Shown one piece after another: positions 1 to 9,400 of a stretch of 64,000 nucleotides of DNA. The position numbers and the translations under genes were made by a program. Each line of letters starts with the position of its first letter. Position 1 is the first letter of the stretch. The DNA is taken from positions 77,758 to 141,757 of the forward strand of contig CAZWVL010000003.1 in assembly GCA_964637115.1 (NCBI GenBank), in the 5' to 3' direction. Source of the stretch: an uncultured Methanosarcinales archaeon (lineage in GTDB: Archaea; Nanobdellota; Nanobdellia; Woesearchaeales; ARS49). Below the pieces are notes generated by a model, which was not told the origin of the DNA, ran no database searches, and saw only the letters and a program-made list of their open reading frames with translations.

Positions 1-1
1 A

Positions 2-1804
2 GTTCTTGCAGACACAGCAGATGACTTGGGAAATACCGTCGGCAACGTAGCAGATTACGAGATAATCTACGACAACACAGGACCATACCCGCCACAAGTT
101 CTTGACTTCAAGGTAATATCAGGAGAAGAAGGAGTAGAATATCGAGGCGGAGCAATCAAAGGAAGCTTTGTACAATACACAGTCAGATCAGCAGACTTCA
201 CAACAAGTTATGCAAACTTCACAGACATCGGAGGCAGCGCACAAACAGGAGCAACAACCTGCACTCCAACAACCGGCAATGCGAGTGACTGCATATTTGA
301 AAGTTTAGTGGATTTAAGCGGACCATACACATCATACTTCACGTTCGTATTTGCAGACGATGCAAACAACACTGCACGAACAAACGCAACTCTTGAGATT
401 TACGGCATTGATAATGAAACGAATGTCAAGTACTGGAAGTCACCTCCAACAGTAACGTGCAGTCCATACGTCATTGACAGATCAACAGCATCACTAATTC
501 CGCCAATAGCAACATGCAGAGTAGATTTAGAAACACCGCGCAGAGACATAACAACACTAGCAATTGCAGGGCCAACGGCGCCAGACGAATGCACTGGCGA
601 CATCGAACTTTTCTTGAATGATATTTACGTGACGAACACAGTAGAGGGCAGCACGCATCCATACGTGTTCATGAAGCTCGAACCAAGAGATTATGTGTTT
701 AATGAACTAAACATCAACTGCCCGCTGTCAGTCTACAGCAAACGCGCAGTTACTGCAGGCGGAAAAACAGTCCATTATGTCTCACCAGAACCGCAAGAAG
801 TTCCAGTAAACATGACGCTTAAGTTCCACAGCAATCCTTTGGGTGAAATAAACGCGAACATCGACGACGAAATCAGAAGCGCAATGAAAGGAGGGCTGGC
901 AAACGCGGCATGGATAAGCGACCTCCGCAAATGGCTCCACTATGGAGAATTAATCTGCCAGATAAAAGTCCTCATCACCAACATCATCAGCGCGCTGTTT
1001 ATGGTAAGCATAGTGCTTGGCATAACAGCAGTTGCGGTGAGAGCAACAGGTGTAGGAGCTGGCGCAGCAGAAGTGCCTGCTCAGGCAGCAAAAGCAACTT
1101 GCACCGCAGAAGAAGGAGGCTCGGAAAGCTACAAGATAAGCTTAGGATTCCTTGATTCAATCTGCTCAGTAATCAACTGCGCAGCAGTAAGCGGCAAAGG
1201 TTCAGGCATAGAAGCATACGCAGGAGGAGGAGTGCCCTGGTGCTCAAATATGCGGGCATACTTGCAAAACCTTGACCCAACAGGCCAAGGAGCACTCGAC
1301 CTTGATGTCAAGAACTCACTCGTACTAAGCATAATATGTTTATGCCTGCCAGGCATTATTTACAACTTAGACAAGCTCAGACAAATACAATGCTTTAAGG
1401 CAGTCTGTTTGCACGATGACGTCAAATTATCCGGCTATCCTGCAAGCTTCTGCGATGAAATGTACGGCTACATGATGTGCGCGTTTGTCATTGGAGAACT
1501 ATTCTCCCTATTCCCATTCATAGCATTCTTCGACAAGATAATGAACATGGTATTAGACCTAATAACAAACCCAGTTGCACTATTCCTCACAGGACTCGGC
1601 TGGGTGTGCACACAAACCTGCTATACAATCGGCACGCAACCAGTATTATACACCGGTTGTGCGATATTGAAAACAGTATCGACAGTAGCAGAAGCAGTAG
1701 CAGCGTGGAAAACATACCAGAAAAACAAAGATTCATTCGGCACAGTAGGAAACAACTACTGCGATAGAATGGAAGAACTGGAAGACGAGATGGGGGAAGG
1801 ATGA
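2..1804 (+). CDS. Large Cys-rich surface/membrane protein, 5'-truncated by the window edge (smaller relative of the 2410-aa ORF)
   Basis: The frame is open from nt 2 to the edge, and the listed start at 26 is a TTG inside that open frame. It has an IIYDNTGP junction motif like the VDNSPP/YDTGPP motifs of the giant ORF. The C-terminal ~200 aa has 4-5 hydrophobic segments and a CLCLP...C-x8-C module. The TGA overlaps the next ATG (ATGA 1801-1804). Confidence 0.75.
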   Translation, partial: VLADTADDLGNTVGNVADYEIIYDNTGPYPPQVLDFKVISGEEGVEYRGGAIKGSFVQYTVRSADFTTSYANFTDIGGSAQTGATTCTPTTGNASDCIFESLVDLSGPYTSYFTFVFADDANNTARTNATLEIYGIDNETNVKYWKSPPTVTCSPYVIDRSTASLIPPIATCRVDLETPRRDITTLAIAGPTAPDECTGDIELFLNDIYVTNTVEGSTHPYVFMKLEPRDYVFNELNINCPLSVYSKRAVTAGGKTVHYVSPEPQEVPVNMTLKFHSNPLGEINANIDDEIRSAMKGGLANAAWISDLRKWLHYGELICQIKVLITNIISALFMVSIVLGITAVAVRATGVGAGAAEVPAQAAKATCTAEEGGSESYKISLGFLDSICSVINCAAVSGKGSGIEAYAGGGVPWCSNMRAYLQNLDPTGQGALDLDVKNSLVLSIICLCLPGIIYNLDKLRQIQCFKAVCLHDDVKLSGYPASFCDEMYGYMMCAFVIGELFSLFPFIAFFDKIMNMVLDLITNPVALFLTGLGWVCTQTCYTIGTQPVLYTGCAILKTVSTVAEAVAAWKTYQKNKDSFGTVGNNYCDRMEELEDEMGEG

Positions 1805-3549
1805 GAAAAATCCTCATTATTATTCTGATTGTACTCCTGGTTGGGTCGGTGATAGTTGAAGCTCAACAAACGTCATCCTCTGGAATTACTGTCACCCGTC
1901 GCGTGGAACCAGGCACACAGCCAGCAGCTGCTGCAAAACCAGGTGTAAAACCACCTACGCAGTACAATTACGTTGCTGAGAGGGACATTTCAAAAGATGA
2001 ACCAGTTGTTGTAACAACAGGCGGCATTAGATACTACGAGTACAAATTTGATACAGATATACGTAAAGGAGATACAATCGCATCACCAGATGCATTAGAC
2101 ACCAAAGTTCTGCAACAAATTCCTCCAGAAGTAAAAAAAGAAACTGACAAAAACCGAGAATATACGTATACTTCTGAAACCAACACCTTCGTTTGGTCAA
2201 AAGATAAACCAAAAGACGAATATATTATTGAAACAAAGACCGACCTCAAAGTAAGCGACGACGGCGAAAGCACAACCAGAGAAACCACACAATCAGTGTA
2301 TGATAAAACACCTGAAAAAGAAAAGGGCGAATACGTTGAAGGATCAAAGCGCACAGAAATTAAAGAAACAAAAACAGCGTCAAAAACAGATCCAAAAACA
2401 GGAAAAACAACCGAACGACAAGTGATTGCCAACGAAGGCAGAAGACTCTATGACAAGCAGGGCAATGAAATCGGAATCCTCTGGACCGGCTATTCAGCAT
2501 CCGAAAAAAACCCATTGGTGAGCGAGAAAACTTCACTTACCTTTGTGGGTAAGGATGGTCATACATACTATTATGCTACCCGAGACCCGGACGGCAATCA
2601 AGTCATTATGGTAAATGAGCTGGATAAGATGAAAGAAGCCGGGTTTACAGACGAACAAATAAATCAAGCTAGAGTTGATATCGTCGCGTCAGGCGTCATT
2701 GGATTCTTGGATTCTCTAAAAGTGCTCACCTGGCAGCAAAGCCTCGGCAGATTCATGAGGGCATACTACGAATTTGCAGGATTAAGACAATTATCATCAT
2801 TATTATGGCCAAGTTATGATGCGGAAGTGCAGGCAAGAAAAGCAGAAATCCAGCAAAAATTCTGCATTACAGCAGGCATAACAAACTGCGCAATCTCAAA
2901 AATATGCGGCACAATATATCCAATCGGTGCAGACAACGTCCTTGCAGGCAGAGGGCCAGGAGGCAAATTTGTATCCAGCGCCTCACTCAACGCAGAGCGC
3001 TCAATCCCAATAGAAGTAGAAGGAATGACAAGACAACAAATGATAGACTTGTTCGGCAATGCAACAGTCATCAAAGGAGTGCTTGTAAACCTCACAGACC
3101 CGGCATTTGATCCAAGAGTACTTGGCAGGATGAAACTCAGGCTCTACCACGTGCAGTATAGCGTAACAAACAATGCAGAAGATGAAAAGGAACTCAAGTA
3201 CAACCTGCACTTCAGAAGAGTTGGAGAACAATTGAACTCAAGCTATGGAAAACCAGTCTACCAGTCGCGCTGGTGGACAGACAACGCGCCAACATTATCC
3301 TATCTTGCAACCGCACGCGACCACATTTACAAGTTCAGCGCAACAGAATATGATAATGTATGCCTGGAGTTTGACCCAAAACTGCCGTCAGGACACGCAG
3401 CATTCTCAGACATGGTCGATGAATTATGCGTGCCATTCATAGAATACGCAGGCGGGCCAACAGAAATAACGCCAGGCGCACAAGCAGCAGCAGGAACACA
3501 GCCTGCCCCAGGAGCACCTGTTTCAAGCGTGCCAGGAGCAGCGGTATGA
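1801..3549 (+). CDS. Secreted protein of unknown function (582 aa)
   Basis: Sec-type signal MRKILIIILIVLLVGSVIVEA/QQ. The first half is K/E/T-rich and probably disordered, the C-terminal half contains Cys, and the tail is A/P/G-rich. There are ATGA overlaps with both neighbours. Confidence 0.8.
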   Translation: MRKILIIILIVLLVGSVIVEAQQTSSSGITVTRRVEPGTQPAAAAKPGVKPPTQYNYVAERDISKDEPVVVTTGGIRYYEYKFDTDIRKGDTIASPDALDTKVLQQIPPEVKKETDKNREYTYTSETNTFVWSKDKPKDEYIIETKTDLKVSDDGESTTRETTQSVYDKTPEKEKGEYVEGSKRTEIKETKTASKTDPKTGKTTERQVIANEGRRLYDKQGNEIGILWTGYSASEKNPLVSEKTSLTFVGKDGHTYYYATRDPDGNQVIMVNELDKMKEAGFTDEQINQARVDIVASGVIGFLDSLKVLTWQQSLGRFMRAYYEFAGLRQLSSLLWPSYDAEVQARKAEIQQKFCITAGITNCAISKICGTIYPIGADNVLAGRGPGGKFVSSASLNAERSIPIEVEGMTRQQMIDLFGNATVIKGVLVNLTDPAFDPRVLGRMKLRLYHVQYSVTNNAEDEKELKYNLHFRRVGEQLNSSYGKPVYQSRWWTDNAPTLSYLATARDHIYKFSATEYDNVCLEFDPKLPSGHAAFSDMVDELCVPFIEYAGGPTEITPGAQAAAGTQPAPGAPVSSVPGAAV

Positions 3550-4427
3550 AAATTGGAACGCCAAGAATTATTGGAATTTTATTGATAATAATAGCAGCGC
3601 TTGTTTACTTCACCGGACTAAAAGGGTGGTTTGGATTGGGAATAGCAGGACTCATTTTGCTGATAGCTTCATTAAATTACACGCAAAAAATGCTAGACCA
3701 GTTGATAGAAGCAGTCTCAGAATGGAAAACACTGTTTATCACAGCACTCTACGACGCAATCTGCTGGCTATTGATATTCGGCAGCGTATACTTCTTCCAA
3801 TGGAGACTACAGGTAAAATCAGCAATAGCACAGGCAGGCACGGTACTCACCAGAGAAGCAATGGCGAGTCCACAGTTAACTGCTCAAAACGCAACCCAAC
3901 TCCAAGGATTCTTCTTTTTCATCCTCACAAGCGCAATCATACTATTGGTTTTCAGTTTCCTGGCATATTCGATCTCACGCGGATTCATCTGGACAACAAT
4001 CGCCAAACAAAAAGCGGATAAAAAATTCTTCACCAGATGGCTTGGACTGAATGCAATCTGGTGGATAATCTGGACTCCAATATTCCTCATAATCATATTC
4101 GCCCTTAAAGGAAGCCCATTGACAAAAGGAGCAATCCTGTTCATAATGATGATAGCAGCATACTTCACACCGCTAGTACAAGTTTTGTTCCTGCGGACGA
4201 GAAAAATAGGTTACAGTCTCGCAAACGGACTAGGGTGGGGATTATCAAAACTGCATCTGCTTATAGTGCCTTATACGTACGCGTTTGTCATATACATAAT
4301 AATTTACCAATTGTTCAGATTATTTCAAAACACTACAGCAATGCGGCCAGTATCAATGCTGTTTGTCGTGCTATTCATCGCGTGGCTGAGAATATACCTC
4401 TATCACATTATCAAACAATTCAAGTAA
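3546..4427 (+). CDS. Polytopic membrane protein (about 293 aa), apparent paralog of 13684..14493
   Basis: The ATG at 3546 overlaps the upstream TGA (3547-3549), and the track start at 3426 lies inside the upstream gene. It has at least 7 hydrophobic helices. An N-terminal TM pair, a soluble helical stretch and then a TM bundle give the same layout as the ORF at 13684. Confidence 0.75.
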   Translation: MKIGTPRIIGILLIIIAALVYFTGLKGWFGLGIAGLILLIASLNYTQKMLDQLIEAVSEWKTLFITALYDAICWLLIFGSVYFFQWRLQVKSAIAQAGTVLTREAMASPQLTAQNATQLQGFFFFILTSAIILLVFSFLAYSISRGFIWTTIAKQKADKKFFTRWLGLNAIWWIIWTPIFLIIIFALKGSPLTKGAILFIMMIAAYFTPLVQVLFLRTRKIGYSLANGLGWGLSKLHLLIVPYTYAFVIYIIIYQLFRLFQNTTAMRPVSMLFVVLFIAWLRIYLYHIIKQFK

Positions 4428-4428
4428 A

Positions 4429-6462
4429 ATGAACAAAAAAAAGGGGCAGATAACAATTTTCATAATCATCGGAATAATTCTATTACTCAGCATAGGAGTA
4501 GGCCTATATTTCTACCAAAAAAGAGTTACTGCACCGATCAGAAGCATAGTTGCCGTTCCCGAAGATGTCCAGCAAATCTACGATTATGTCGCAACCTGCA
4601 CAAGCCAAATAGCAAAAGATGGACTGATATTACAGGGAACGCAAGGCGGCTACATCGACGTTCCACCAATAATTCAAAAAAATCCAAACGCATTCATCGC
4701 AGCAGACCCTGCAGGTATAGCAAAAACACCATTATGGTACTATGAAGGCGAAGACAGAACACCAACATTAGAATTCCAACAACGAGAACTCGCAGTATAC
4801 GTGAAACAAAATTTACCGGCCTGCGTTGGAAACTTTATGTCATTCAAAGACCGCTTTGAAATAATTCCAAAAAGCGATATAATTCCGGTAATCACGTACA
4901 CGGAAGAAGAAGTAATTGTAGAAATAAAATGGCAGCTCGATATCAGAGTGCAAGGCAGGCCAACACAGCTGGACGCATTTGTAGTCAGCTTCCCTCTCAA
5001 ATACAAAGCAATGTACGAATTAGCCAAGCAAACAATGGAAACAGAAAACAAAGAAGGATGGTTTGAAAATCTGACAATAGACCTAATGACTGCAAATTCC
5101 AAAATACCATTCTCGGGAATGGAACTAAGCTGCGGAACAAAAACCTGGCATATACAAGAAGTGAAAAAACAAGTACAAAGAATGCTGTACTACAACCTGC
5201 CCCTTATCAGGGTAGCAAACACAAATTATCCTCCGCCACTCGCCTCACTCAGGACATATGCTAATCTTAAATCACAGGCAGCAGACATAAGAGCAGACCT
5301 TGAAAAAGACAAAGAGCCAAACTGGCCTGAAAACCCTCCGGCAGACGTGTATGAAATGAACAGAATGATGTTTGACGCAGGAGCCAAAAAAACAGACTTG
5401 AAAACGGCGTTTACGTACCTGTCAAACTGGCCGTTATTCATTAACGCGCAGCCAAACAGCGGGGGAGTGTTAAGCACGGCAAACATGAAAGGACCGCGCA
5501 AATACCTAAGATTCCTCTGCATCAACCAATGGCACTTCACATACGACCTGATTTATCCAGTCAAAATGCAGATAAAAGATGATAATGCGTTCAACGGCGA
5601 AGGATTCGTGTTCCAAATGGGATTCCCAGTCATAATAGAAGACAATGAAGAAAGCAGAGTATTCTTCGGCATCAGAAGATTTGTAATCCCTGATGTAGGC
5701 ACGGAATTCTGCACAAACTACGGCACGCAATCAATAGAAGTCAGAGCAAAAGGATTTGTCGAAGGAGGAATAGTAGCAGAAGAACTGGATGACGCAAACA
5801 TAACATACACTTGCCTGAATAAAGAATGCCTGCTCGGCAAAACATACAGTGATGGCTCGGGAATAATCAGGCTAAACTCATACCTCCCAGAAGGATGCGC
5901 AAATCCTCTGCTGACTGCGCAGAAAGAAGGATACCTGCCGGCCAAAAAGTACGTGGACAAAGACTATGTGGAACTAATGATGACAAAGCTCAAACGAATG
6001 CCATACAAAATAGAAGTGCATCCATACGACTCAATCAACAAGCGCTCGATGGCAGACGTGTACTCAAAACTTCCAAAAACAATGCACGCAACAGTTACAA
6101 TCAGTTTGCGCAACCAATCATTTGACCAATACAAAAGCTATCCGGCAAATGGTACGCAATTCCAAGCAGAAGGAACAACAGACCTTTCAGACATAAGCGA
6201 AGTAACAAAAGATGAAGTAGACTTTGTCTACGACGACGCACAATATGACATCGACATACTATTGTTCAAAGGAAACACAGTGGTGGGAGGATACCACAGA
6301 GAGAATATCACAATCTCCTACGAAGATGTTGCGTCAGCAAGCGCTGTAACGTTCAAAGTCTTCGAATGGAGACCACTGCCAGAAGGCGAAAAACAGGCAC
6401 AAATGTTCCTGTACTTGTATGAAACAAAACACGAGGATTTAGGACCAAGCTTCCATGGATAA
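4429..6462 (+). CDS. Large exported protein with class III (prepilin-like) signal peptide
   Basis: The N-terminus MNKKKG/QITIFIIIGIILLLSIGVGLYF has basic residues, Gly at -1, Gln at +1 and then a hydrophobic helix. The remaining ~640 aa are hydrophilic with scattered Cys. It starts 1 nt after the upstream stop. Confidence 0.8.
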   Translation: MNKKKGQITIFIIIGIILLLSIGVGLYFYQKRVTAPIRSIVAVPEDVQQIYDYVATCTSQIAKDGLILQGTQGGYIDVPPIIQKNPNAFIAADPAGIAKTPLWYYEGEDRTPTLEFQQRELAVYVKQNLPACVGNFMSFKDRFEIIPKSDIIPVITYTEEEVIVEIKWQLDIRVQGRPTQLDAFVVSFPLKYKAMYELAKQTMETENKEGWFENLTIDLMTANSKIPFSGMELSCGTKTWHIQEVKKQVQRMLYYNLPLIRVANTNYPPPLASLRTYANLKSQAADIRADLEKDKEPNWPENPPADVYEMNRMMFDAGAKKTDLKTAFTYLSNWPLFINAQPNSGGVLSTANMKGPRKYLRFLCINQWHFTYDLIYPVKMQIKDDNAFNGEGFVFQMGFPVIIEDNEESRVFFGIRRFVIPDVGTEFCTNYGTQSIEVRAKGFVEGGIVAEELDDANITYTCLNKECLLGKTYSDGSGIIRLNSYLPEGCANPLLTAQKEGYLPAKKYVDKDYVELMMTKLKRMPYKIEVHPYDSINKRSMADVYSKLPKTMHATVTISLRNQSFDQYKSYPANGTQFQAEGTTDLSDISEVTKDEVDFVYDDAQYDIDILLFKGNTVVGGYHRENITISYEDVASASAVTFKVFEWRPLPEGEKQAQMFLYLYETKHEDLGPSFHG

Positions 6463-9400
6463 GAACACGAAAGAAGAAAAGAGGAAAGTGAATTATTTGA
6501 CGCGCTCTTTGAGTGAATTTTTCTCCCCCACACTTTGTAAGGGGGAGAAAAATTCACCCCATCATAGAACTCTTGCGCGGCGGCAGCTTGGGTCAGTGGC
6601 ATTATTCATGGCATTCCTCATCATCATGCTTCCAATAGTTGATGCTCAAGCAATTGGCGACCAGCCAACAGCACAGGGAGAAGAAACAACAGTCAAACCA
6701 CTGTTTGTAAACGCAACCATTCCACGATATCCGCGCACAATGAAGATAGACATTGCAGGAATTACAAAACCAGGAGCAACTATTACGATCAATATCAACG
6801 GCGCTGATGTCAAAAAAGACATCATTGATGATGGAACATTTTTGTTCAAGCAAGTCCAACTGCAGGCAAGCAACGCAATAATCATTACAGCAGAACTCGG
6901 CGGCGAAACAGCAACACAAACATACCAAGCAGACGTTGACAATTCTCCGCCGCTCATCAATATCACGACAACACCCGTAGTAACGGCAGCAAGCTCAACA
7001 GTCAAGGTCAAGGTTTCAGAACCAGTCAATCTGACAGTGCAGGCAGGAAATCAAACAAATAAATCATACTCGCTCCAGGCAGGAAGCAACGACGTTAAAA
7101 TAGAACTGCAGCCAGGCGAAAACATGGTCGGCTTTACGGCAGTTGATAGAGCCGGATTTAAATCATTCATTGAAGAAAGAATCGTTTACGACACAGGACC
7201 GCCAAGATTTGAAAAAACAAACCTGAACCAATTGTCTCCGACATACAGGCAAGAAGTGGAAGTCAAGGGCAAACTATCAGAACCCGGCAGCGTAACAGCA
7301 TTTGTCAACGGCAAACCACAAAAAACAGAAGCAACAGCTTCGGATGGAAGTTTCTCGATAAAAGTAAAACTTGAAAGATCGCTTTCGGTAACTGCAGGCT
7401 CACAATCAGCTTCAGGAGTCACGGGAGGAGCAGTATCAATAGAACAAGGCATCCAATGGAAAAGCAAACTAAGGCTCGAGGCAATCGACGCAGCAGGACT
7501 AAAAGCAACAACGGAAGAAGTTGAGATAGCATATTCCATCTGCGGAAGCGGCACGTGGATAGACGTCCAATTAACAGACCCAATGCCGGACATACTCAAT
7601 CCAAGACTGATAATTGAAGGCATACAGCAAGTCGGCATAGGCTTCAACTACACATACAGAGGCGGCGCAAAAGCAGAAATCGATGCAAGAAGCATCAGAA
7701 TAAGAACATTAATGCTTTCTCCAGAAGTCAGGAAAGAATTTGACAACAATCTGGTGATGGTACGGGCTCCAAACGTAAGAGCTCAGCGCGCAACCAAGCC
7801 TAGCGGAGTAGGCTACATACAAGTAAACTTCAATCCTTTAGAAGACCCGTGGAGCCTGCCTGAAAAAGACGGTAAAAAAGAAGAAGCGCCTGCAAACGCA
7901 ACAATGTTCGATCGTGAACAAAGAATCTCCCAACACAGAGAAGGAGACTGCATCACGCCCGGCTTTGGCTGCATGAAACTATTCCTTGAACTTGAAATTC
8001 CATTCACAGAAACAACCAGGAAAATGGCCTACGACCCGATTGTGCGCGGCACACTTGAAAAAGATGTCGTGGAGCCATTAACACAAAGAACGTGCATAGA
8101 TGTCAACATTGCGATAGACAAAAGAGTTCCTCCGGATGTATTGCCATCAGGACTTTTGCGAGCATCCAGCGAATTCCTCGGGGCAGTCATACAAGGCATA
8201 GACAAAGTATTAATGCCAATCCAGACAATCGGAAAGTACTTGTTTTACACGTGTGTAGCTGGACAATTCCTGTCACTAGTTCCAATCGTTCTCGAAAAAT
8301 ACAACTGCGAGTTCAGAAAAGTAGCGGACGTTTTAGCAGGAGGAGAAGGCGCATTTGACCCCAATGTAGCAGCAATCAACGCCTGCGACGCAGAATATGG
8401 TGCAGGTTCAGACGCAGCAGACAACTGCAACACCTGCCATAAATGGAAAGACTACCGCAAAAAATTTGTCAGAACATACAGACAAATCTGCGACAGAGTA
8501 ATGTGCCCGGCAGCACCATCACTGCAGTATTATCTCAAAACCAGAGGCAGAGAATCACCAACAGAAGTCAAAGCAGAAAATGCAAAAGCTGATCCCGTGA
8601 TTGCCCAATACGCCCAAGGCGGCAAACTCTTTGCCGGCAGCGACTGCGCAGCATGGGTTGACGTGAACAAGCGCAAAGAAGAAAGAGGCACGAAGAAACC
8701 AGTACTTGCTCCACGATTATTCTTCACCACTGATGAAATTCAAAAAATCTATGATAACTGGCTCAAACATCAGTCAAACACTGCAGGAGAAACAGAAACA
8801 GGCGGCGTAAACTGCGCAGGACTGCACCCTGCAACACCAGAATGCTGCGGATATGAGTATATGCAGGAATGGAGTTCAGCGTGCGGAACAAGCGCACTCG
8901 GGCAAAGCCTGGATACTTTTGACGAAATAAAAGAAAGCACCTGCCTCGCAGCACAACGATCAGGCAAGAACGAAATAGGAGGATTAGAAGGAGAATCAAT
9001 ACAGTGCAACAAACTGTTGAATGCAGCCAGCGGATTCTGCGAGAAAAACGGAATGCCGCCTTTGACGCCAATTAGAGTAACGACAATTGATGCGAGAAAA
9101 GCAGAGTCATTAGAACTGCAAAAATACGCAGAAAGCAACGACCTCTACATCATCGTGCAGGATAAAGGCGCGGCGAGCTCCATTTTAGGCGTAGTACCAA
9201 CAGGCCAGTCACAAGGATACTCAATCAAGCTGGGCTTAATAATAAAAACATTGGAGTTCCAAAAAAGCGACAAGCCGGAAATAATTGCAACAAGCGAACG
9301 CTCCAAGCTCACAGAAAAACTTGACGTGATAGAATATCCGGAGTATACAGCATTCCAAACATCATTCTTCAGCCAGGAACAGATAGACGTTTACAGAGAA

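Noticed and set aside
3426-3545. Upstream extensions of the polytopic membrane ORFs (track starts at 3426 and 13603) and of the small ORF at 15141.
   Set aside because: The extensions overlap the 3' ends of the preceding genes in another frame, or run through a GC-rich hairpin in the case of 15141. ATG codons forming ATGA stop/start overlaps (3546 and 13684), or directly after the hairpin (15228), give sensible N-termini.
6560-6650. A twin-arginine (Tat) signal in the giant ORF leader (TLARRQLGSVALFMAFLIIMLPIVDAQA).
   Set aside because: RR is present, but the consensus (S/T)RRxFLK is not. A 2400-aa protein rich in Cys, and presumably disulfide-bonded, is an implausible folded Tat substrate. 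I treat it as a Sec-type or uncleaved anchor signal.
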